A stretch of DNA of 11,068 nucleotides from an archaeon. Lineage in GTDB: Archaea; Iainarchaeota; Iainarchaeia; Iainarchaeales; 1-14-0-10-31-34. The stretch lies in the NCBI GenBank assembly GCA_043819075.1, contig JBDRFE010000033.1, positions 1 through 11,068 on the forward strand, given 5' to 3'. The notes below the pieces were generated by a model, which worked only from the letters and a program-made list of their open reading frames with translations, did not search any database and was not told the origin of the DNA. The translations under genes and the position numbers were made by a program. How positions within the stretch are numbered: the first letter of the stretch is position 1; each line of letters opens with the position of its first letter. Shown in pieces: positions 1-7,636 of the stretch.

Positions 1-557
1 ATTTCTTTTTCAGTGATTTTCCCTTTTCGCACAATCTTTTTTTCCATGACATCATAGATTGTGCTTGGCGTGTTTTCCTTTAATTTTCCTGCGTCCACAA
101 TAAAGTCGACTTTTTTCCCTAACACTTTAACTGCTTCTTCAAAAGAATAAATCGGTTTTTTTCCTGCAAGGTTTGCGCTGGTTGAAATTAAGGGTTCTTT
201 GGCTGCCTCAACAATTCCGTTTGCAATTTCATTTGAACTAATGCGTAAAGCAATTGTTTTTTTGCTTACTTCATCCGGGACTTTTTCTTTTTTTGGAACA
301 ATTAAAGTTAAATTGCCTTTAAATGATTCAAGCAGTTTTCCTGCTTCTTCATTGATTTCAGCGTATTCTTCTGCCATTTCTTTTGATGAAACCAGTATTA
401 TAAAAGGCTTTTTTCTGTCTTTTTTTATTTTTCTGATTCTTTTAACTGAATCCAAATCAGTTATTTTGCACCCTATTCCATAACTTGTTTCTGTGGGATA
501 AATTATTACTCCCTTTTTTTTGAGCACAAAAACCGCTGTCAGTATTTTTGCATTCAT
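1..557 (-). CDS. Threonylcarbamoyl-AMP synthase, TsaC/Sua5/YrdC family (3' end outside window)
   Basis: Not in ORF track because no stop in window. Manual translation from ATG 557 (TGATG overlap with upstream stop): [30 protein letters not shown]...KIKKRQKKPFII...TIALRIS...PLISTSANLAG...PSTIYD...IVRKGKI. PTET-x-YG, K-x-R, STSAN-x-x-G and PST motifs are YrdC hallmarks. Confidence 0.95.
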   Translation of the reverse strand, partial: MNAKILTAVFVLKKKGVIIYPTETSYGIGCKITDLDSVKRIRKIKKDRKKPFIILVSSKEMAEEYAEINEEAGKLLESFKGNLTLIVPKKEKVPDEVSKKTIALRISSNEIANGIVEAAKEPLISTSANLAGKKPIYSFEEAVKVLGKKVDFIVDAGKLKENTPSTIYDVMEKKIVRKGKITEKE

Positions 558-1120
558 CACATTACCATGAGTAAGCTCACTGCATTGTATGCCATGTGGC
601 CTATAATATTCGGCACAAGATTATTGTTTTTCTGGAAAAAGTATGCAAGAAAAAGCCCTGCAATAAATGCCCCGAAAACTTCTATTACTGAGCCGTACAT
701 GAAGTGTGCTAAACCGAATGCAATTGACGAAACCCAGATTCCTGTTTTGCTTACAAGAAAGCCCCTGAAAAAAATTTCTTCTGCTGTAACCCTTACAGTC
801 ATGTAATAAAGCAATAACAGCGGGCTGGTGAAAGTTATTGCTTTGACTGTTTCAGTTACTTTTCCTAAATCATTTACGTTAAAAAAACTGCTTGCCAGTG
901 AAATAATGAAAACTATTGCAATTAATCCTCCAAGTATTTCAGCGGACTTTTTTGCAAGCTGTTTTTTTTCAATTCTTTTTATTCCCAGCTCGCTGAAAGA
1001 TTTTTTTACTGACTTGTTTTTCCTGTAATAATACAACAATGGAATGAAAACAAGTATCAGGTCAAGCGCTGTGACCTGAAGAATTTTTTCTATTATTTTT
1101 TTTCCCCTTTTTCTTTCCAT
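557..1120 (-). CDS. CPBP family (CAAX protease/Abi, Rce1-like) intramembrane glutamic endopeptidase
   Basis: Multi-TM protein with EExxxR (AEEIFFRG), FxxxH (FGLAH) and HxxxN (GHMAYN) motifs. Start uncertain (28-nt overlap with rps27ae). Confidence 0.9.
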   Translation of the reverse strand: MERKRGKKIIEKILQVTALDLILVFIPLLYYYRKNKSVKKSFSELGIKRIEKKQLAKKSAEILGGLIAIVFIISLASSFFNVNDLGKVTETVKAITFTSPLLLLYYMTVRVTAEEIFFRGFLVSKTGIWVSSIAFGLAHFMYGSVIEVFGAFIAGLFLAYFFQKNNNLVPNIIGHMAYNAVSLLMVM

Positions 1121-1290
1121 TCAGTGTAAGCGCATTTTCCGCAGGAATACCTGTCTTTGTGTTCTGCCATGAAGACCCCTGAACCGCATTTAGGGCAGAA
1201 CTTGTTTTTTCTTTTTATTTCGCTTCCTTTTGTTTCATAGTTTTCTGATTTCTTTGATTTCTTTATTTTTTTCTTTGGTTTTTTTGCCAT
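1093..1290 (-). CDS. rps27ae: 30S ribosomal protein S27ae (eS31)
   Basis: [28 protein letters not shown] zinc ribbon; SD GGGTGA at 1302-1297; follows rps24e. Confidence 0.97.
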   Translation of the reverse strand: MAKKPKKKIKKSKKSENYETKGSEIKRKNKFCPKCGSGVFMAEHKDRYSCGKCAYTEWKEKGEKK

Positions 1291-1320
1291 TTATTTTCAC
1301 CCTGCTATTAAATTTTTTTT

Positions 1321-1390
1321 TGCAGCACGGCTTTATGCCGTGCGTCGTCACTAACGCACGAAAGCGTTACTTGCCTTTTCTTAAAAGGCA
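1321..1390. repeat. Intergenic cassette of three perfect hairpins (palindromic element, copy 1)
   Basis: TGCA + GCACGGC-tttat-GCCGTGC (1325-1343); TAACGC-acgaaa-GCGTTA (1352-1369); TGCCTTTT-ctt-AAAAGGCA (1372-1390). Related modules at 4233-4401. Confidence 0.8.
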
Positions 1391-1393
1391 GCC

Positions 1394-1756
1394 TTATTTT
1401 TTCTTTTTTTTGCTTTCAAGCTTCTTTTTTTCTTTTAATGCCTTTTTTTCTTCTTTGGCTTTTTTTATTTTTTGTTTGTCTTCCAAGAAATTCCTTCCAA
1501 GAATATAATCTAATTCAATTTCCTTCATTTTTGCTTTTTCCTTGTATGTTCTTGCTTTTCCTGTTATTTCTTTTGTCCCAAACTTTTGGTTTATTTCTGT
1601 TATTACTGTTGAACTGCTGTCTGCTTCAGTTAATGCAGCAATTTTTTCCCTTAATTCATCTGTTTTTGGCACAGTGTTTGAATCTGTTACCTTAAACTCT
1701 ATTTCTTCTCTTGAAAGCAGTGGATTGCTTTTTTTGCTTGTTATCTCTATTTTCAT
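1394..1756 (-). CDS. rps24e: 30S ribosomal protein S24e (eS24) with Lys-rich C-terminal tail
   Basis: MKIEITSKKSNPLLSREEI...KFG...GKARTY...YILGRN; SD GAGGAG upstream; synteny. Confidence 0.96.
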   Translation of the reverse strand: MKIEITSKKSNPLLSREEIEFKVTDSNTVPKTDELREKIAALTEADSSSTVITEINQKFGTKEITGKARTYKEKAKMKEIELDYILGRNFLEDKQKIKKAKEEKKALKEKKKLESKKKKK

Positions 1757-1794
1757 TTCAATCTCCTCTGTAATTTTTTTTGTTCCAGTTTTTT

Positions 1795-1989
1795 TTATCT
1801 GCTTAATCTTAATGCATGTTTTCCTGTTGTTGTTATGCCCATTTTTTTTGCTATCTCTGATTTTTCTGGATTAGTTATTACAACATATCCTCTCCAGAAA
1901 GTTGTAAAGCTGGTGCTGCCGCAGTTAGGGCATTTGTCTCCTTCTTCTATTACTTTCCTGCATTCCCTGCAGGCTTTGCCTTTGCTCAT
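1795..1989 (-). CDS. spt4: Transcription elongation factor Spt4 (RpoE2)
   Basis: KACRECR...CPNCGS...WRGYVVITNPEKSEIAKKMGITTTGKHAL; directly after rpoE1. Confidence 0.97.
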   Translation of the reverse strand: MSKGKACRECRKVIEEGDKCPNCGSTSFTTFWRGYVVITNPEKSEIAKKMGITTTGKHALRLSR

Positions 1990-2003
1990 TTAACCAACCT
2001 CTC

Positions 2004-2603
2004 TCATTTTTTTTCTTTTTTTTTCTTTTCTTCTTCTTTTGGCTTTTTTTCCTTGGCTTTTTTCTTTAAGTCTACTGCAAGCCATTCTTCTTTTCCTAAT
2101 CCTGCCTGCCTCATTGTTAACCCTAATTTTGAGTTCGGAATGTTTCCTTTTAAACTGCATGTGGCAATTCTTGCTATTACTTCGTCTTCTAATCCAAGCT
2201 TTTTGTTTGATTCTTTTCCCACAAATCTTGAGCCTTTTGCATCATAATTAATGTAGTCATTCATTATTTGGCTTACATGAATTAATCCTTCTATTGGCCC
2301 TGTTCTTACAAAGGCGCCGAATTCTGTTATTTCTGTTATTGTGCCTTCAACTATTTCTTTTATTTCTGGTTTGTATACCATTGCCTTGTATTCTGATTCA
2401 TAGTATGCTGATCCGTCCCCTGGAATAACTTTTCCTTCGCCTACTTTTTCAACCTCTAATACTGCTACAACAACTCCAATGCTTTCGTCTACAATGCCTT
2501 CGTATTCTGCTTTCAGTATTTTTAGGATTGAGTTTTTTAGCTCTCCGCCGAATTCTTTTGGCGGAACCCTTACAGTGTCTTTCATTGAAATTATTGCATA
2601 CAT
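2004..2603 (-). CDS. rpoE1: DNA-directed RNA polymerase subunit E' (Rpo7)
   Basis: DTVRVPP...GKVIPGDG...S1 domain EFGAFVRTGPIEGLIHVSQI...LTMRQAGLGKEEW; SD AGGAGG upstream. Confidence 0.98.
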   Translation of the reverse strand: MYAIISMKDTVRVPPKEFGGELKNSILKILKAEYEGIVDESIGVVVAVLEVEKVGEGKVIPGDGSAYYESEYKAMVYKPEIKEIVEGTITEITEFGAFVRTGPIEGLIHVSQIMNDYINYDAKGSRFVGKESNKKLGLEDEVIARIATCSLKGNIPNSKLGLTMRQAGLGKEEWLAVDLKKKAKEKKPKEEEKKKKEKK

Positions 2604-2619
2604 TTTTTTTCCTCCTTAT

Positions 2620-2997
2620 TTATTCAACAACAACAATCTTTTTTTGCCTTACGAATGCTGTCTTAAACCCTTTTTTCCTTATTTTTGTCCTTAATTGTTT
2701 GTCGTTTGTGGCTATAATAAACCCTTTTTCTGCGAGTTCCTGCATTTTTTTGTCTGCATTCCCTGTATTTCCTTTTATTAAACTGCAGTGTTTTTCAATT
2801 AATTTTTCTGCTATTCCTGCATTAATTTTTTTTGTCCTGTTTTTTTCCTTTAATTTTTTTAATTCCTCTAATACTTCTTCCGGCACAAAAAATTCTGTTC
2901 TGCCATATTTTTTTATTTCTTCAAAAACATCTATTTTTAGTTCCCCTGCTGCCATAAGCATATTGGTGTCAAGCACAACTTTATTCGCTTGACCCAT
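2620..2997 (-). CDS. PIN-domain ribonuclease, Fcf1/Utp24-like archaeal family
   Basis: VVLDTN, EVLEEL, NAD, IATNDKQLR supply the four acidic PIN residues; conserved position between aIF2gamma and rpoE1. ATG 2997 preferred over TTG 3003. Confidence 0.9.
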   Translation of the reverse strand: MGQANKVVLDTNMLMAAGELKIDVFEEIKKYGRTEFFVPEEVLEELKKLKEKNRTKKINAGIAEKLIEKHCSLIKGNTGNADKKMQELAEKGFIIATNDKQLRTKIRKKGFKTAFVRQKKIVVVE

Positions 2998-4216
2998 AAG
3001 CAATTAATCTCCATCTGGTTCCTTCTTTCCTGCTTACTGCAATTTTTTGTTCTTTTTCAACTGTAATCGGGACTTTTAATACAACTTCAACTGCATCTTT
3101 TTTCATTGAAACAATGTTTCCGATTGTTGTTGCTGTTCCAGCGCTTAATACAACTGTTTCCCCTTGCTTTAATTCACTGACTGCCCCTATTTCTCTTTTA
3201 AAGTAATTCAAGTGCATTTTAATGCTTGTCACTGCTTCTGGCAGTTCCCCTGGCTTTGCAATAATGTTTCCTTTCATCTGGTCGTTTTTGGTTAAATTCG
3301 GGTCAATTAATGTCCTGATTGAAATTAATCCGCCTGGCACTGCTTCTTTTATTTTTCCTTCTGAAGTGCTTAACTCAATTACTTTGATTAAATTTTTTTT
3401 GTTGTTTATTCCAGGGCTTAATTCAAGTTCATCGCCTTTCTTTATTTTTCCCTGAATTATTGTTCCGCCTAAAGTGCCTCCAACCAAATCTTTTGGTTTT
3501 GTGCCCGGCCTGTTTATGTCAAAGCTTCTTGCAACAAACATTTTTGCAGGCTTTTTTTCATCTGTTTTCGGGGAAGGAATGTTTTTTTCTATTGCTTCAA
3601 TCAATAAATCCATGTTCGTGCCAAAGTGTGCTGCAGTCGGAATTATTTCTATATTCTCGTAGCCGAATTCTTTCAAAAACTTTTTTATTTGTTCATGGTT
3701 TTCTTGTGCTGTTTTTTTATCAACCAAATCAATCTTGTTTTGTGCTACCACAATGTTTTTTACCCCGCTTATTTTTACTGCCATCAAATGTTCTTTGGTT
3801 CTTGGCTGTGGGCATAATTCGTTTGCCGCAATAACCAGTATTGCGCCATGCATTAATGCCGCACCAGAAAGCATTGTAGTCATCAAGGTTTCGTGCCCTG
3901 GGGCGTCAACAAAACTTATTTTCCTTAATTTTTTTGTTTTTTTCCCGCAGTTAGGGCAGGTTTCTTTTGTTGAATAAGCTTCTGCTCCCTTGCATTCAGG
4001 GCATTTATAGAATACTGTGTCAGCATAGCCTAACCTGATTGAAATCCCTCTTTTGAGTTCTTCTGAGTGAGTGTCAGTCCATTTGCCGCTTAATGCGTGT
4101 GTTATTGAGGTTTTGCCGTGGTCTACGTGGCCTATCAAGCCTATGTTGACTTCTGCCTGCACTATTTCTTTTTTCAGTTTTTCTGCTTCTTTTTTTGGTT
4201 TTTTTTCTTCTTTCAT
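2981..4216 (-). CDS. eif2g: Translation initiation factor 2 subunit gamma (aIF2gamma)
   Basis: QAEVNIGLIGHVDHGKT, RGISIRLGY, zinc knuckle CPEC..CPNC, DAPGHE, NKID, C-terminal RWRLIAYG. Start re-called to ATG 4216 (MKEEKKP). Confidence 0.98.
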   Translation of the reverse strand: MKEEKKPKKEAEKLKKEIVQAEVNIGLIGHVDHGKTSITHALSGKWTDTHSEELKRGISIRLGYADTVFYKCPECKGAEAYSTKETCPNCGKKTKKLRKISFVDAPGHETLMTTMLSGAALMHGAILVIAANELCPQPRTKEHLMAVKISGVKNIVVAQNKIDLVDKKTAQENHEQIKKFLKEFGYENIEIIPTAAHFGTNMDLLIEAIEKNIPSPKTDEKKPAKMFVARSFDINRPGTKPKDLVGGTLGGTIIQGKIKKGDELELSPGINNKKNLIKVIELSTSEGKIKEAVPGGLISIRTLIDPNLTKNDQMKGNIIAKPGELPEAVTSIKMHLNYFKREIGAVSELKQGETVVLSAGTATTIGNIVSMKKDAVEVVLKVPITVEKEQKIAVSRKEGTRWRLIAYGSSE

Positions 4217-4232
4217 TCTCTCATCTTTTTTT

Positions 4233-4401
4233 CTGCCTTTTCCAAAAGGCAAGTTGCCAAAACGTGCGAGATAAACTCGCACTGCATTTCAGGAAAAGCA
4301 GCTCGACCGAAGATCGTGCGTTTTGATACAGAAACAAAATCTTTTTGATTTTGTTCTGCACTTAAACCTTTTTGGTTTAAGTTGCACCTTTTCTTAAAAG
4401 C
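4233..4401. repeat. Intergenic cassette of tandem hairpins (palindromic element, copy 2)
   Basis: TGCCTTTT-cc-AAAAGGCA (4234-4251); GTGCGAG-ataaa-CTCGCAC (4264-4282)+TGCA; AACAAAATC-ttttt-GATTTTGTT (4333-4355)+CTGCA; ACTTAAACC-ttttt-GGTTTAAGT (4360-4382)+TGCA; CTTTT-ctt-AAAAG (4388-4400). Confidence 0.85.
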
Positions 4402-4402
4402 T

Positions 4403-4894
4403 TTATTTCCTTATTTTTCCTTTAACTGTTTTTGCATCTCCTGCTGCCTCTATATTGCCTACTTGTTCTAATGATTCTTTAACCATTTTTTCTTTAACGC
4501 TTTCTTCTTTTACTTCTTTTTTTTCTGTTTCTATTCCAAATAATTCTTCAAGTTTTTTGCCACCGTATTTTGTTATTTTAAGGTTTATCTGCTCTGTTTC
4601 TTCGCTTACAAGATTTCCTCTTACGCTTACTTTTCTTCTCTGCCCTTTTCTTTCCGGGTTAAAGCCTACCCCGCCTTTGATAAAAATTTTTTTTCTTGCT
4701 ATTCCAGGAATGTCTTTTCTCATCGGAAACCCTTGCTTGTCGCTTCCGCCTGCAATTACTGCTTCATATCCTTCTAATCCAAGTGAATCAAGTTTTACTT
4801 GTTCGCCTATTTTTTTATTCAAAAGCAATGCGGTTACTTCAATTTTTTTTCCGAACGCTTTCCCTGTTTTTGGGTCGCTTATTACTATGTTCAT
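4403..4894 (-). CDS. rps6e: 30S ribosomal protein S6e (eS6) with C-terminal extension
   Basis: IVISDPKTGK...IAGGSDKQGFPMR...GQRRKVSVRGN...QINLKI; ATGA overlap with aIF5B stop. Confidence 0.98.
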   Translation of the reverse strand: MNIVISDPKTGKAFGKKIEVTALLLNKKIGEQVKLDSLGLEGYEAVIAGGSDKQGFPMRKDIPGIARKKIFIKGGVGFNPERKGQRRKVSVRGNLVSEETEQINLKITKYGGKKLEELFGIETEKKEVKEESVKEKMVKESLEQVGNIEAAGDAKTVKGKIRK

Positions 4895-6633
4895 TCAATT
4901 CCCCCTTTTTGGATTTCTTTTATTTTTTTCAGCAGTTCTTTTTCTTCTTGGTTTAAGGCATCAGAGCTTTCAAGTTTCTGAATATCTTTTTCCGGGACAA
5001 AAGAAATTAATTCATCATTTTTTTCTATGCCTCTTCCTAATGTTGCATCGCTTATTGATATTGCAACTTCAGTGTTTTTTTCTGCTTCTTTTATTGTTTC
5101 GCCGTTCAGCTGAATGCACTGCACTTTTCCGATTATTTTTCCGTTTTTCATTAATTTTGTTCCTGTTTTGAGTTTTCCTTCAAGTATTTTTGCACCGATT
5201 ATCACCGGCTTTGAGTTCCTGAAAACGTTTTCAGGCATTAATTTTATTCTTGCTGGAAGAGTTGTTCCGGCAATTAATTCTTTTTTCTCTTTTTCTTTTT
5301 CTTCTATAACCCATTTTTCGTAGTTTTCAATTAAAGCATAAATTATTTTTTCGCTGAATATTTTTATTGAATTTTTGTCTGCTTCTTCTTTTGCGTCTGG
5401 ATTGATTTTTGTGTTGAATGCAAGAATAACTCCTTTTGTTTTATCTTTTTCTTTTACTCCGGTTACTTCAATTACATCTCTTCTGGTTATTTCTCCCACG
5501 TCTGCTTTCCTTATTTTTATTTGTTTTTCCTGCAGTAATTTCACCATTGCTTCTAAAGAGCCTAATGCGTCTGTTTTGATTATTAGCCCAAGTTCTTCTG
5601 AATCAATTTTAATTGAATGAATTTCTTTTCTTATTTCTTCTTTTTCTTTTTCTCCGGCTTCAACCCTTATCGGAGAGCCTGCTAAAGCTAATTCAAGGCC
5701 TGGCGCTGAAATCTTTAATCCTGATGCAGCATGAACTTCTTTAACTGAATCAAATCTTTCTTGCGGCGAACGAATTTCATCTAATGGTTTTGGAAGCAAT
5801 ATGGCTCTTATTTTTGTTTCAATGATTCCTTCTTTGCCTCCTAAAGTTATTTTGTCCCCTGTTTTTATTTTCCCGTCATATAATATTACGTCTATTGTGC
5901 TTCCTAACCCTTTTTCTTTTTTTACTTCAAGTATTGTGCCTTTTCCTTTTCCTGTTACTTCTATTGTAAGTTTTTTTTCAAGGAATCTCTGGCTTAATCC
6001 AGCCAAAAACATTAATACTTCTGGAAAGCCTTCTCCTGTTTTATTGCAGATTGGAATAATTGGAATTTCTTTTGTAAAATCTTGTATTCTGTCAAATCTT
6101 TCTGCCTGAAAGCCTTTTTTGTAGGTTTCCCCTAAAATGCAGTAAATTTTGTTGTCTAATTCTTCAAGTAATTTTTTGCTCTGGTTTTCCTTGTTTTCTG
6201 TGAAACTTAAATTTTTTGATTCCCATCCGTGTATTCTGTCAATTTTTGTCATTGCAATAATAAACGGGACTTTAAATGCTTTGAGGATGTCAATTGCTTC
6301 CAAGGTTTGTGCTTCACATCCTTTTATTGCATCAACTGTTAATACAGCTAAGTCTGCTATGCTGCCTCCTCTTTTCCTTAAATTAGAGAAAGCCTGGTGC
6401 CCTGGAGTGTCAATGAATAATAAGCCTGGAATCTTTAATTCAAATCCATATTTTTTTGTCAGTTCTCCTGCAAGGTCTCTTATTGTTTCAATCGGAACTT
6501 CTGTTGCGCCAATATGCTGTGTTATTGCCCCTGCTTCTTGTGAAACAATTTTTGTGCCTCTAATCCTGTCCAAAAAACTTGTTTTTCCCGAGTCAACATG
6601 GCCCAAGACAGTGATTATTGGCTTTCGAATCAT
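4891..6633 (-). CDS. infB: Translation initiation factor aIF5B (archaeal IF-2)
   Basis: IRKPIITVLGHVDSGKT, EAGAITQHIGAT, PGLLFIDTPGH, RKRGGSIADLA, DALGSLEA, FRNSKP; 580 aa, no intein. Confidence 0.98.
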   Translation of the reverse strand: MIRKPIITVLGHVDSGKTSFLDRIRGTKIVSQEAGAITQHIGATEVPIETIRDLAGELTKKYGFELKIPGLLFIDTPGHQAFSNLRKRGGSIADLAVLTVDAIKGCEAQTLEAIDILKAFKVPFIIAMTKIDRIHGWESKNLSFTENKENQSKKLLEELDNKIYCILGETYKKGFQAERFDRIQDFTKEIPIIPICNKTGEGFPEVLMFLAGLSQRFLEKKLTIEVTGKGKGTILEVKKEKGLGSTIDVILYDGKIKTGDKITLGGKEGIIETKIRAILLPKPLDEIRSPQERFDSVKEVHAASGLKISAPGLELALAGSPIRVEAGEKEKEEIRKEIHSIKIDSEELGLIIKTDALGSLEAMVKLLQEKQIKIRKADVGEITRRDVIEVTGVKEKDKTKGVILAFNTKINPDAKEEADKNSIKIFSEKIIYALIENYEKWVIEEKEKEKKELIAGTTLPARIKLMPENVFRNSKPVIIGAKILEGKLKTGTKLMKNGKIIGKVQCIQLNGETIKEAEKNTEVAISISDATLGRGIEKNDELISFVPEKDIQKLESSDALNQEEKELLKKIKEIQKGGIE

Positions 6634-6639
6634 TTTTTC

Positions 6640-7065
6640 TCACAACCCGGTTGAACCAAAACCGCCTTCTCCTCTGGTTGTTTCATCTAATTCTTCAACT
6701 ACTTCTATTTCAGGGAATTCAATTTTATTGAATACAAGCTGTGCAATTTTTTTTCCTTTTTCTGCCACAAACTTTTGTTTTCCGTGGTTAATGACTATTA
6801 CCCCTATTTCTCCCCTGTAACCTGAATCAATTGTGCCTGGAGTGTTCAAAACAGTTATTCCGTTGTTTAAAGCCAAACCAGATTTTGGCCTTATCTGGCC
6901 TTCAAATCCTTCTGGAATTGCAATCTTTATTCCTGTTTTAACTAATTTTATTTCTTTTGGCTGTATTTCAGTTGTTTCTGCTGCATACAAATCAATGCCT
7001 GCGTCTCCTTTGTGTGCTGGCTCAATTTTTATTTCCGGATTAAGTTTTTTTATTCTGACTTTCAT
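6640..7065 (-). CDS. dut: dUTP diphosphatase (trimeric dUTPase)
   Basis: All five motifs: [38 protein letters not shown]. Confidence 0.97.
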   Translation of the reverse strand: MKVRIKKLNPEIKIEPAHKGDAGIDLYAAETTEIQPKEIKLVKTGIKIAIPEGFEGQIRPKSGLALNNGITVLNTPGTIDSGYRGEIGVIVINHGKQKFVAEKGKKIAQLVFNKIEFPEIEVVEELDETTRGEGGFGSTGL

Positions 7066-7070
7066 TTAAT

Positions 7071-7634
7071 TCACTTATGCATTATTTCCCATTCTTTTTT
7101 CTTGTAGTCATGCAGGTCTTTTTCTGTGAACCATAAACTGATTTCGTTTTCTGCTGTTGTTTTGTCTTCTGAACCATGAATTAAGTTTCTTACTGACCTG
7201 TTTTTTTGTTCTGCTATTTCATATGAGTCAACTGAAAAATCCCCCCTAACTGTCCCTATTTCTGCTTTTCTTGCTTCAGTGTTGCCGATTAATTTTCTTC
7301 CGATTTCAATTGCATGGTATCCTTCAAACACTATTGCAATTATCGGTCCTTCCTGCAAGTATTCTGCATTCCAGTTCTGGATTCTTTCAGCTATTTGTGT
7401 GTCTGTTTCAGTTACTTTGATTCCTTTTTTTTCTGCGGCTTTTCTTGTATTTTCTCCTACTTTTTTTGCCCATTCTGGTGTAACCACATAATGTTTTTTC
7501 ACTGTGCTTTCTGTTGGCTGAACCATTTTTATTCCTGCAATTTTCAGCCCTTTTTGTTCGAATCTCTTTAGTATTTCTCCTACTAATCCTCTTTGCACTC
7601 CGTCGTGTTTGATTAAAATCAGGGTTCTCTCCAT
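7071..7634 (-). CDS. ndk: Nucleoside-diphosphate kinase (long form)
   Basis: ERTLILIKHDGVQRGLVGEI, GTVRGDF, RNLIHGSE with catalytic His. ATG 7634 lies 6 nt after SD GGTGA (7645-7641). Confidence 0.96.
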   Translation of the reverse strand: MERTLILIKHDGVQRGLVGEILKRFEQKGLKIAGIKMVQPTESTVKKHYVVTPEWAKKVGENTRKAAEKKGIKVTETDTQIAERIQNWNAEYLQEGPIIAIVFEGYHAIEIGRKLIGNTEARKAEIGTVRGDFSVDSYEIAEQKNRSVRNLIHGSEDKTTAENEISLWFTEKDLHDYKKKEWEIMHK

Positions 7635-7636
7635 TT

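Noticed and set aside
4217..4282. 22-aa N-terminal extension of aIF2gamma in the ORF track
   Set aside because: Starts at a GTG inside the hairpin cassette; ATG 4216 is the more plausible start.
4233..4401. Possible CRISPR mini-array or tRNA
   Set aside because: No identical direct repeats with regular spacers, no cas genes in window, no cloverleaf or T-loop motif.
4891..6633. Intein or degraded GTPase motifs in aIF5B (GHVDSGKT, TKID)
   Set aside because: Length is normal for intein-free aIF5B and the variants retain the key G1 and G4 residues.
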